Below, one piece after another: positions 25,718 through 35,761 of a DNA stretch of 39,839 nt (within the stretch, counting starts at the first letter, position 1; every line of letters starts with the position of its first letter). Location of the stretch: positions 1 through 39,839 of IMG/VR virus record IMGVR_UViG_3300045925_000112. One strand, given 5' to 3'. The notes beneath the pieces were generated by a model, which worked only from the letters and a program-made list of their open reading frames with translations, had not been told where the DNA came from and made no database searches. The position numbers were made by a program, and so were the translations under genes. The stretch comes from a virus. Taxonomy: Duplodnaviria; Caudoviricetes.

Positions 25718-26451
25718 CAGCCGAGGACCGCGACCGGGCGGTGCCGCGCGAGCAGCTGCCCGGCGCCGTACGGCATCCACCGCGGGATCTCGAACGTCGG
25801 CCCGCCGCCCGGCTGCGCGATGCTCACGACGTCGCTCGTCCCCTGCTGCTGGTTGCGGAACCACGCCCGCACCGAGTCTTTCACCGCGACGAGCACGTCG
25901 CCCGGCAGTTTGTTCGGGCTCCCGTCCTCGGGAATGCAATCCCAGCCGCCCGTGTAGGTCAGCAGGATCGGCTCCGGGTCCACGCCGATGCCCCAGCCCG
26001 TACAGCCGTCGCCGCAGTAGAGCCAGTGGGCATGGGCGCCGCCAACGCCGCGGACCACGAGGCCGTCGGGCGTCCACCGCGAGCTCGGGACACTCCGGTG
26101 CACGAGCGCGTCGAAGGTGCCGCGCGGGCCGTCGGCCTCGGAGCGCCACACCGTTTTCACCGCGTCGTTCACCGCGAGCTCCACCGGCTCGAGCGGGTCG
26201 AGCGGGATGCGCAGGAGCTTGAGGACCGGCCCGCGCGGTGGCGGGAGCCGGAGCGTCTCGACCTTGCGGCGCATCGGGCGCACGTCCGTCTCGACGAAGG
26301 CCGAGACGGCGTTGATCGCCTCGACGAGCCGCTGGTCCTCGGGGTCGAGGTCCTCGGCGACCGTCGGGCGCGTAATGCCGCAGTAGGCCTTCGCCTCGTC
26401 CAGACTCACGAGGGCGTTGTCGGCGAGCAGGTCCGCGAGCGCGACCGGCAT
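25717..26451 (-). CDS. Head-tail adaptor (gp6-like, 244 aa)
   Basis: LVSLDEAKAYC...DQRLVEAINAVSAFVE...TYTGGW...LPGDV; follows the capsid gene. Confidence 0.8.
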   Translation of the reverse strand: MPVALADLLADNALVSLDEAKAYCGITRPTVAEDLDPEDQRLVEAINAVSAFVETDVRPMRRKVETLRLPPPRGPVLKLLRIPLDPLEPVELAVNDAVKTVWRSEADGPRGTFDALVHRSVPSSRWTPDGLVVRGVGGAHAHWLYCGDGCTGWGIGVDPEPILLTYTGGWDCIPEDGSPNKLPGDVLVAVKDSVRAWFRNQQQGTSDVVSIAQPGGGPTFEIPRWMPYGAGQLLARHRPVAVLG

Positions 26452-26534
26452 CCCGTCGTCCTTTCGTTCGCGTCACGCCCCGGCGAGCTCGAGCCCGCCG
26501 AGGCGCGCGCGTCGGGTGATCCGGTGCGCGAGGA

Positions 26535-27800
26535 CTAGGCCGGCGGCGTGAGCGCCGCGATCGGCAGCCCGGTCACGAGCCCGAAGGCCTGCGGCCGGTA
26601 GATCGCGAGCGCGACCCGCGTCTCCGCGCGGATCGCCGTCATGTTCTTGATGAAGAAGTCGGCGTGCGCGTTCGAGGCCTGCACGCTGATCCCGCCCTTG
26701 CGGAACAGCTGCCCGCCCATGCGGAAGGCGCCGAGGATCGCGGTGCCGTCCACGACCTCCTGCGTCTCGACCACGCGCATGCCCCACACGCGCGGCTCCA
26801 CGCCCGCGGCGAACACGTTCGGCCCCGCGAGAAAGCCGCCCGAGGCCGTCATGCTGCCCGCCACGCCGGCCCACGTCAGCGGCGACATCACGACCGCGTC
26901 CGGCTTGAGGCGCGAGGTCTGGAAGATGTTCGCGCGCTGCGCCGCGAGCGCCGCGACCGCGGCGCCCGGATCGGTGCCCGCCGCGATGGTGGGCGTCTTG
27001 TTCGGCAGCGCGATGAGGCCCATGATGTCGCCCCCGGTGCCGTCGCCGTTGATGAGCTCGTTCTGGAGCTTCTCCACCACGCCGTTGATCATCTGCGCGT
27101 CGATGAAGGACCGCAGCCCGGCCACGTCCTCGAGGAACTCGTCGACGACGGGGATCCAGTGCGCGATCTTCACGAGGCCCTGCTGCCGCAGCGCGAACTT
27201 CTTCTCGCTCTCCGGCTTCGCGCCACCGGGCGGCACGACCGCCGCGGCGTTCGTCCACAGGGTTTCCTCGAGGTACTGAATCATGCCGCCGTCCATCGTG
27301 CCGGGCGCGAACAGGTCGGCGATGCCCCACTCCGCGGGATAGGGCAGGAACGGCAGGATGCGCGTGCCGCCGGGGATCAGCGTGCCCGGCGGGTCGATTG
27401 TGACCGCCGCGTCGAGGTCCACCGAGGGCGTGGACCACGTCCCGGTGCGCGGCATGCTGCGCAGCTGCGCGTAGACCGCGGACTCGACGAATTGCGCGCC
27501 GAGTGACTTCACGCCCGGCCCCGGCTGCACCATCGGCTTGCCGGTGCCGTTCGGCATGACGACCGCCGCCGCGGGCGCCGGCGCCTGCAAGCCACCGACC
27601 GAGCGGAGCAGGTCGGCGAACGACTCGCCGCGCTTCCGCTTGCCGTCGAGCGCCTGCATCTTCGCGACGAGGGCGTCCTTCTCCGCGGACTCCTCCGCGG
27701 TGAAGTCGCGGTCCTCCTTCGTCGCGGTGGCGACGAGGGCGTGGAGTCGCTCGTTCGCCTCGCGCATCTCGTCCTGCACTGTCTTGATCGGCGTCGTCAT
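26535..27800 (-). CDS. Major capsid protein, HK97 family, with N-terminal scaffolding (delta) domain
   Basis: Coiled-coil N-terminus; KPESE, KIAHWIPV, LINGDGTG, FIKNMTAIRAETRVALAIYRPQAF. Confidence 0.95.
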   Translation of the reverse strand: MTTPIKTVQDEMREANERLHALVATATKEDRDFTAEESAEKDALVAKMQALDGKRKRGESFADLLRSVGGLQAPAPAAAVVMPNGTGKPMVQPGPGVKSLGAQFVESAVYAQLRSMPRTGTWSTPSVDLDAAVTIDPPGTLIPGGTRILPFLPYPAEWGIADLFAPGTMDGGMIQYLEETLWTNAAAVVPPGGAKPESEKKFALRQQGLVKIAHWIPVVDEFLEDVAGLRSFIDAQMINGVVEKLQNELINGDGTGGDIMGLIALPNKTPTIAAGTDPGAAVAALAAQRANIFQTSRLKPDAVVMSPLTWAGVAGSMTASGGFLAGPNVFAAGVEPRVWGMRVVETQEVVDGTAILGAFRMGGQLFRKGGISVQASNAHADFFIKNMTAIRAETRVALAIYRPQAFGLVTGLPIAALTPPA

Positions 27801-27815
27801 GATCCAGGCCTCCTC

Positions 27816-27965
27816 TCAGTCTCGAGCGGGTTGCGAAGCCGCAGGCGGCTCCGGTGGCGGCGCGGCCTTCGGCGGCTTCGCGCGCAGGATCGCGTTGAGC
27901 TCGCGGAGCGCCGCGAGGTACTGCTCCGGCCGGGTGATCCGCGCCTCGTCGGGCTCGGGGTTCAT
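27816..27965 (-). CDS. Small protein (49 aa) before the capsid gene
   Basis: ATGA-coupled; amphipathic helix YLAALRELNAILRA then a Pro-rich tail. Confidence 0.5.
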   Translation of the reverse strand: MNPEPDEARITRPEQYLAALRELNAILRAKPPKAAPPPEPPAASQPARD

Positions 27966-29338
27966 TCGTCGCGCTCCGTGCCGTCGGGGAGCTCGTCGTA
28001 CTTCGGGAAGGTCGAGAAGTCGCCGCGCAGCTGCCCGTGCCGCGCGGCCATGCGGAACCGCGCGGTGTAGTTGTGCGCATCGGTCGGCAGGTAGTAGACG
28101 CGCTGCTCGGGCACGCCCGCCTCGAGGAGCCGGTCGTAGTCCTCGAGCGTGCCGGCAATGAAGCCGCGGATGGCCTTGCGGTTGACGCGGTTCGGGAGCT
28201 TGACCTCGAACGACCCTGCCGCCCCGAGCGCCGGAGCGACGCCGCTGCCGACGTTCACGCGCGCCGCCGCTGCGGCCTGCCAGTAGCCGCCGTCGTTGAC
28301 CATGTCGGCGCGGTAGTCCCGCACGGTGATCGGCGAGAAGGCGCGGCCCACGAGCTTGTCGCCGGTCGCGCGCGCATAGAGCACGATGTCGCGCGGCGTC
28401 GCGAAGAACCCGGCGCGGTTCAGCTGCGCGTTGTCCACGAGGATGTCGGTCGTCCCGTACTGCGCCGAGGTCCGACCGTGGTGAAAGAACACGAAGCGGT
28501 CGAGACCGAGCTTCTCGTCCTCGGGGAACGTGGTGCCGGACATGACGCGCTGCAGGCCCTGAATCCGCGGCCAGACCTCCGGGTCCGCGTCGGCGCCCGC
28601 GAGCAGGTCCATGTCCACGGCCTCGAGGAAGTCGCGCCGCGCCAGCTGCTCCTCGGTCACGGTCGGCAGCTGCTCGCGGATCAGGTCGCGGAGCTCGTCC
28701 TCGGCCTCGGCAATGTCGTCCTGCATCGCGATGCGTGACCGGAGCTCGCCGTCGTCGGCCCATATCATCGCGGCGGCTTCCGCACTCGTGGCGTGCACCA
28801 GCGGCTCCTCGCGGAGCTTCGCGAGCTCCTCGGCCAGCCGCTTGTCGTAGGCCGCGGCCGCGGCCTTCTCGCTCGCGTCGGACGCGGCGTCGATGTAAGG
28901 CCGGTCGTCCTCGACCATCCGCTCGGCGTTGTCGGCCATGTCGGCGTCGCTCACGCCCTCGAGGATCGGCGCCGAGCTCGCGAGGTCCTCGCTCGAGCTC
29001 GAGCCGGCGTCGTCCTTCTCGCGGAACCGTCCGCCCTCGCGCACGCCCTTGCCGTGGCGCGGGTGTTTGGTCTCGTCGAACGACGCGGCGAGGTCCCACG
29101 CGGCGAGGACCTCGACGCGCCCCTCGAGGCCGGCGCGGACGAGCTCGAGGCCGCGCGCCCACGGCAGGTCGGCCGGGAGCACGTCCTGGTTGTAGGCCTC
29201 CGCGGTGAGCGCCTCGAGGTCGCCCGCGTCGAGCGGCGCGGTGCCGTCGGCGAGCCCGCCCGTGCGCGGGTCCATCCCGCCCGCGCCCGCGGGCACGCGA
29301 CCGGCGCGCGCCGCCTCGACGAAGGCCGCGACGCTCAT
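27962..29338 (-). CDS. Head-module protein with KHPR motif and putative ADP-ribosyltransferase-fold domain (458 aa)
   Basis: FDETKHPRHGKGVREGGRFREKD, then LVHATS...GELRSR...FVFF...YG...FEVKLP, an order resembling H-Y-E-type ART folds; ATGA-coupled to the protease gene. Confidence 0.6.
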   Translation of the reverse strand: MSVAAFVEAARAGRVPAGAGGMDPRTGGLADGTAPLDAGDLEALTAEAYNQDVLPADLPWARGLELVRAGLEGRVEVLAAWDLAASFDETKHPRHGKGVREGGRFREKDDAGSSSSEDLASSAPILEGVSDADMADNAERMVEDDRPYIDAASDASEKAAAAAYDKRLAEELAKLREEPLVHATSAEAAAMIWADDGELRSRIAMQDDIAEAEDELRDLIREQLPTVTEEQLARRDFLEAVDMDLLAGADADPEVWPRIQGLQRVMSGTTFPEDEKLGLDRFVFFHHGRTSAQYGTTDILVDNAQLNRAGFFATPRDIVLYARATGDKLVGRAFSPITVRDYRADMVNDGGYWQAAAAARVNVGSGVAPALGAAGSFEVKLPNRVNRKAIRGFIAGTLEDYDRLLEAGVPEQRVYYLPTDAHNYTARFRMAARHGQLRGDFSTFPKYDELPDGTERDE

Positions 29339-30858
29339 GCGTTGTACCGCCGCTCCCAGTACCACATGTCGGCGCGCTGTCCCGGCGGGAGCAGCGCCGG
29401 ACTATTCGGGCGGCAGACCTTCGCCATGAACTTATACGCCTCGGGCTCGAGGTTCTTGAGCTTGCGACGCGTGTCCGGCCCCTTCGTGTAGGCGCGGTAG
29501 GCCTCGGCGAAGTGCTCGCCTTGGTTCGTGCGCGCGTACGCGCTGATGCGCGCTGATTGGCCGCGCCGCGAGTAGAGCGCCCACTCCTCCGCGGCCGGCT
29601 CGGTGAGTTTCGCCAAGTGGACGTGGTGCCCGATTTCGTGGAGCACGGTGCCGCCGCCGAACACGGCGATGTTGTTCGCGGCGCCCCTGTTATTCAGCGC
29701 GAGGAAGATCGTGCGGACCTTCGGGTCATACTTGCCCGCGATGTTGCCGGCATCCTCGGAGTAGTCCCAGCCGCCCTCGACGAACTTGATCGCCTCGAGG
29801 TCCTCGTAGTGCGACGCGGGCAGGCCGGCCTCGGCGAGCGCGTGGCGAACGAGCCAATCCCCGGCGCCGGGCTCGATATGCACCGGCAGCGTCGCGGCGT
29901 CGGTGGCGCGCGCGTCCTCCTCGGTGGCGACGGACGGCACGCCCTCGGCGCCGCGGTCCTTCTCGCGGAATCGGCCGCCCTCGCGGGTGCCCTTGTCGTG
30001 CCGCGGGTGTTTCGTCGGGTCGAAGGCCTCGAGCTCGAGGTCGGCGACCTGGACCTCGGCGAGCACGGCCGCGGCGCGGCCCATGAGGAGGTCGAAGCCT
30101 TGCGCGAGGACCCGCGCGCGCTCGCGCTCGAGCGGCGGACGCGGCGCGCTCGAGCTGGGCGCCTCCTCCGCGGCCGGCGCCTCGGTGCCCGGCCGGTTGC
30201 GGTAGCCGAGCAGGAACGGCTCGAACCGCGCGCGCGCCTCGACGGCGTCGGCCGGCACCGGCAGGTCGTCCACCGCGTCGATCAGTTTCGCCTCGAGCGC
30301 CTCGGCCGCGGTCCACCACTTCTCGTCGCGCATCCAGCTGCGCACGCGCTCGCGCAGGTCGCCGCGCCGGCCGGACGCGTAGATGTCGGCCATGACGCCC
30401 CCGGCTTTGTCGAGCAGCGCGGCCATCTGCCGCATGTCGCGCGCGTCGCCGATCACGACCGCGCGCGGCTCGTGGACCATGAGCAGCGAGGCGCGCGCCA
30501 TCGTGAGCGTGGCGCCGGCCATCGCGATGATGCTGGCGATCGACGCGGCGAGGCCTTCGACCCGGACGTCGACCGGCGCCGGGTGCGCGCGGAGCGTGTT
30601 GTAGATCGCCAAGCCGGCGAACACGTCCCCACCGGGCGAGTTGAGATGCACGGTGAGCGGGCGCGGCCCGAGCTCGCGGACCTTCTCGACCACGTCCCGC
30701 GCCTCGATTCCCGGCGCGCCGATCGGGTCGTACAGGTACAGGTGCGCGGGCGCGCGCTCCGCGCTCGCGGTGAGCGACCACTGCGCGTGGCCGGCGACCC
30801 GCGGCGGCGCGTAGCGCGCCGCCTCGGCGAGCAGGCCGGTGAGCAGGTCCGGCGTCAT
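29335..30858 (-). CDS. ClpP-type prohead protease fused to a KHPR motif and a HExxH zinc metallopeptidase (507 aa)
   Basis: HLNSPGGDVFAG, GLAASIAS (Ser), LMVHEP (His), EKWWTAAEALE..LID; C-terminal VLHEIGHHVH and ISAYARTNQGEHFAEAY. Confidence 0.9.
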   Translation of the reverse strand: MTPDLLTGLLAEAARYAPPRVAGHAQWSLTASAERAPAHLYLYDPIGAPGIEARDVVEKVRELGPRPLTVHLNSPGGDVFAGLAIYNTLRAHPAPVDVRVEGLAASIASIIAMAGATLTMARASLLMVHEPRAVVIGDARDMRQMAALLDKAGGVMADIYASGRRGDLRERVRSWMRDEKWWTAAEALEAKLIDAVDDLPVPADAVEARARFEPFLLGYRNRPGTEAPAAEEAPSSSAPRPPLERERARVLAQGFDLLMGRAAAVLAEVQVADLELEAFDPTKHPRHDKGTREGGRFREKDRGAEGVPSVATEEDARATDAATLPVHIEPGAGDWLVRHALAEAGLPASHYEDLEAIKFVEGGWDYSEDAGNIAGKYDPKVRTIFLALNNRGAANNIAVFGGGTVLHEIGHHVHLAKLTEPAAEEWALYSRRGQSARISAYARTNQGEHFAEAYRAYTKGPDTRRKLKNLEPEAYKFMAKVCRPNSPALLPPGQRADMWYWERRYNA

Positions 30859-31441
30859 CGGTGGCCTCCGGGCATGAGGAGCTCGAGGACCTCCTCGTCG
30901 TCGGTCGGCGCGAGCGCGGCGCGCAGGCCGGTCACGAGGCCCACGAGGAGCTCGAGCGCCTCGGCGTCGTCGGGCAGGATCACGTCGCGCAGGCCGTCGC
31001 GGTGGCGCACGACGGCCTCGAGCTCGAGGCCGCGGCCGGCGAGCGCGCCGACGACGATGCGCCGGAGCGGACGCGGCCGGCGGACCGGGCGCGGCCGGCC
31101 GCGGACGAAGCGGTGCGGCGACTCGAGCGTGACGACCGCCTCGAGCTCGCCCACGTACGCGTAGCGGCGCGGCAGCGGGTAGATCCACGCGCCCCCAGCG
31201 CCGACGAACGGCGGGGTGCCCGCGACGAAGCGGTGCGGCGACTCGAGCGTGACGACCGCCTCGAGCTCGCCCACGTACGCGTGCGCGCCGCCGGAGAAGT
31301 GCGCGACCGGAGAGTCGAGGGTGACGACGGCCTCGAGCTCGCCGACCCACGCGGGCGTCTGCGTCTGGAACCCGAGGTCCTCGGCCAGCTGAAAGCCGGG
31401 CGCGCCGGGCCGGTCGGGTTGAAACGCCGGACTCGCGTCTC

Positions 31442-31445
<4 letters not shown>
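30855..31445 (-). CDS. Repeat-containing structural protein (196 aa)
   Basis: GTGA coupling; three (W/Y)[10 protein letters not shown](D/E)SP repeats; DDEEVLELL acidic C-terminus. Confidence 0.65.
31104..31282. repeat. 59-bp perfect direct repeat at 120-bp spacing (31104-31162, 31224-31282), with a diverged third copy near 31315-31350
   Basis: Direct comparison of the two copies. Confidence 0.85.
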
Positions 31446-32892
<1,447 letters not shown>

Positions 32893-32893
<1 letters not shown>

Positions 32894-33330
32894 CAGGGGT
32901 AGCCCGAGCGGAGCTTGAGCGTGGGCGTGACTTGCACGAGGTCGCCCGGCGTGCCGAGCACGCGGTAGGGGCCGTCGCCGAAGCGCTCGGCGCCCCACAA
33001 GCGGCCCGAGTCCACGCCCTCGAGGAAGTAGCCGTACACGTCCGACGGCGGGCCGGTCGAGTCGGGGAACGTGAACTCCTGCACCGCGGCGCGCGCGATC
33101 GCGGGCGTGTTCGTGCCCGGCTGCGCGGGCGCGCCGGTCCACGCGCCGGCCGGCACGAGCGTCGGCGTGTAGCCGTGCGCGGCCATCTCGGTGTAGTCGG
33201 CGACGGTGTCCGCGAGCGCCGGGACCTTGTCGTTCGTGTAGAGGCGCACCGCGAGCGCCTCGACCGCGGCGACGCCGGTGGCGATCGCAAGCATTTGGAG
33301 CTCGCCCTCGTCGGGAATGACGCCCGGCAT
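32893..33330 (-). CDS. Fibre adaptor-type structural protein (145 aa)
   Basis: VRLYTND..P...DT.ADYTE...GY...W...QEFTF...VYGYF...LWGAERF pattern; coupled to the portal stop. Confidence 0.7.
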
Positions 33331-34895
33331 CAGGCCGCCGGGTCCTCGACGGCCTCGAGGTCGAGCACGCGGCCCTCGGCGTCACGCGTGAGCGCGCGGT
33401 GGCGGATCAGCGCGCCGTCGGCGCCATACTCGTCGAACCCGACGATGCGGCCGTCGGCGCCGCGGCGCGCGCGCGTCACCGCGGTCGGCGTGGCCGGCGC
33501 CGGCAGACGCGCGGCGAGCTCGGCCGGCAGGACGCGGAGCGCGCGCTCGATGCGCTCGGCGAGCGGGTCCAGGTCCACGGGCGCCGGCCGCGCCGCCGGC
33601 TGCGCGCCCTCGAGCACGACGAACGACGCGGACGGGGCCGGCGCAGGCGGCGCCGCGGCGGCAGCGTTCTTCGCGTTCTGGCCTTCGGCTATGTCGAGGC
33701 GCGTGACCGGCACGTCGAACGCGGGATCGTTGACGCGCGGCAGGTTCAATCTCGCCCGCGCTTCGTTGCGCGTCATGTACGGCGACCCGACCGCCGCGGC
33801 GAGCGCGGCCTGCTCCTCCTCGAACGACCCCTGGAGCTTCTCCGCGATGTTCATCTGCACGTACACGTCCTCGGAGTCGGTGAACTCGACGAGCAGCTGC
33901 CGCTCGATCTCGCCCTCGAGGAGTGAGACGGTCGGGCCGAGCGTGTCCTGGTAGAGCGCCTTGTGCTGCTCGCGGAGCGACCCGTAGCCCTGCGACTCGA
34001 CGATGCCGAGCATGGCCGGCGGGACGTGAAACGCGGCGGCCACCTCCTCGCGCGAGAGCTTGCGCGCCGCGATGAGCTCGGACTCGCGCGCCGTCGCCGT
34101 GACGGGATTGAACGTCATCCCGTCCTCGAGCACGGCGGTTTTGCCGGCGTTGCGCGGCCCCTGGAATTGCGACCACTCGTTGCGGAACTCCGCGCGCTGC
34201 TCGGGCGTCCACCGCGGCGCGTCCTTCGCGCGGCCGATCCAGCCGGCGAGCTTCGCGCCGTTGTTCCAGAACCACTCGCGGTAGTTGACGGCCGCGGCCT
34301 CCTCGGCGAGGAGCTTCCGCAGCGTCTCGAGGCGCGAGAGCCCGACGCACGGGTCCTCGGGGTTGTATTCGCGCAGGTGGAACACTTCGGACGCGGGCAG
34401 CGTGAGGACCTCGCCGTTCGGCAAGGTCCAGGTGTACGCGCGCGGGATCAGGTCGCCGACCGGCCGCATGTAGAGCGGCGGCACGCGGTAGAGCTCGAGC
34501 CGGTTGCGGCGCCGGAGCTTCACCGCGTAGGCATTGCCGTAGACGGCCCAGTCCTGGATGATCTCCGAGATGAACACGTAGCGCGTCGTGCCCTCGTTCG
34601 GCGATTTCAGGAGCCGCGAGAGCGGGTGCTCCGAGACGCGGACGCGGTCGGTGTCGCTCAGTCGGCGAAAGACTTGGATCCCGAGCTGCCCGAGTTGCGA
34701 GGCGAGGAACTCGACGACGGTGCGGACGTGCGGCTGCGTGCGATAGAGCGCGGCGTAGGTGGCGCCCGCGTCACCGCTGCCGGGCCACCACGGGAATCCC
34801 GCCGACGAGGGATAAGGCGGCGCGCCGGCCGGCGTGCGCACCGGCCGCAGCCAGTCGAGGATCGCGCCCCACCATTCGCGGCCCCACCAATCCAT
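33330..34895 (-). CDS. Portal protein, HK97 family, with C-terminal extension
   Basis: [70 protein letters not shown]. Confidence 0.95.
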   Translation of the reverse strand: MDWWGREWWGAILDWLRPVRTPAGAPPYPSSAGFPWWPGSGDAGATYAALYRTQPHVRTVVEFLASQLGQLGIQVFRRLSDTDRVRVSEHPLSRLLKSPNEGTTRYVFISEIIQDWAVYGNAYAVKLRRRNRLELYRVPPLYMRPVGDLIPRAYTWTLPNGEVLTLPASEVFHLREYNPEDPCVGLSRLETLRKLLAEEAAAVNYREWFWNNGAKLAGWIGRAKDAPRWTPEQRAEFRNEWSQFQGPRNAGKTAVLEDGMTFNPVTATARESELIAARKLSREEVAAAFHVPPAMLGIVESQGYGSLREQHKALYQDTLGPTVSLLEGEIERQLLVEFTDSEDVYVQMNIAEKLQGSFEEEQAALAAAVGSPYMTRNEARARLNLPRVNDPAFDVPVTRLDIAEGQNAKNAAAAAPPAPAPSASFVVLEGAQPAARPAPVDLDPLAERIERALRVLPAELAARLPAPATPTAVTRARRGADGRIVGFDEYGADGALIRHRALTRDAEGRVLDLEAVEDPAA

Positions 34896-34956
34896 CGCGT
34901 CGTCGATAGCGGAGCGCGGCCGGCCGCGCCAAGTGGAACCCTACAGACGCGACGCC

Positions 34957-34983
34957 ATGCAACCCGATGCAACGCGATGCAAC
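34957..34983. promoter_or_regulatory. Three ATGCAAC direct repeats at exact 10-bp spacing upstream of the portal gene
   Basis: Copies at 34957, 34967, 34977 in an intergenic gap; a TAGGGT -10-like hexamer follows on the minus strand. Confidence 0.6.
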
Positions 34984-35021
34984 GGCCGGCGCGCGTGCGC
35001 CCGCGCGCCGTGTCGGCGGGG

Positions 35022-35588
35022 TTACTTGCGCTGCCCGCTCTTGATCTCCATGTGGGCGCCGGTCTGGAGTTTCTGCAAGAGCTCGATGCCGGCGTCCTGC
35101 ACTTGGACCGCTTGCGAGTAGAGCAGATTGCCTTTGCGCGCGCTGCCCTTGTAGAGCTTCGCGGGCTCGCCACTGAGCCCCTCGAGCTCGTCGCCCTCGG
35201 CCTCGTACTTGAACGCGACCGAGTAGGCCGGCGTCGCCGTGCCGGCCTCGCCTGCGAGGTTCTCGATGTAGTAGGCGTAGGACGACGCGACCGTCGCCAC
35301 CTCGGCGGCATAGTTGGCCGGCAGCCGGTGGTACCGCATGTCGAGCTCCCACATCTTGCCGTTCGGCCCGCTCAGGTCGATTGAGACTTTCACCTCGGTC
35401 CTTTCCTGAAACGGCACGATGACCGTGCCGGTCGGGGGTTTCTGACCGGCCGCGATAGCTCGGCCGATCTGCTCGAGCGCGAGCCCGGCGTCGCGTTCGT
35501 CCTCGCGGTCGTACTCTCCGAGGCGCATCGGAAAGTGGATGACCGCGAGCGCCCGGAGCCGGATCCTCCCATCGCGCGCATCTCTCAT
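35022..35588 (-). CDS. Hypothetical protein (188 aa)
   Basis: ATGA-coupled to the HTH gene; normal globular composition. Confidence 0.65.
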   Translation of the reverse strand: MRDARDGRIRLRALAVIHFPMRLGEYDREDERDAGLALEQIGRAIAAGQKPPTGTVIVPFQERTEVKVSIDLSGPNGKMWELDMRYHRLPANYAAEVATVASSYAYYIENLAGEAGTATPAYSVAFKYEAEGDELEGLSGEPAKLYKGSARKGNLLYSQAVQVQDAGIELLQKLQTGAHMEIKSGQRK

Positions 35589-35761
35589 GCCTCGCGCACG
35601 CGAACGCGGACGCCCGTCCGCGCGTCGAGGCGCCGCGCCTCCACCAGCCCCTTCTCGACCCACCGCCACACCGTCGTGCGGTTCACGCCTTCGCGTTCGG
35701 CGAGCGCGCGCGGCTTCATCCAGCGCTCGCGCTCAGACCGTGACGAGTCCGTGGTCGGCAT
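35585..35761 (-). CDS. Small excisionase/MerR-like HTH protein (58 aa)
   Basis: WMKPRALAEREGVNRTTVWRWVEKGLVEARR. Confidence 0.75.
   Translation of the reverse strand: MPTTDSSRSERERWMKPRALAEREGVNRTTVWRWVEKGLVEARRLDARTGVRVRVREA

Noticed and set aside
31104-31282. Direct repeats as a CRISPR array or DGR template/variable pair
   Set aside because: Only two exact copies, in frame within a gene; no adenine-specific mismatches, no reverse transcriptase, no cas genes.
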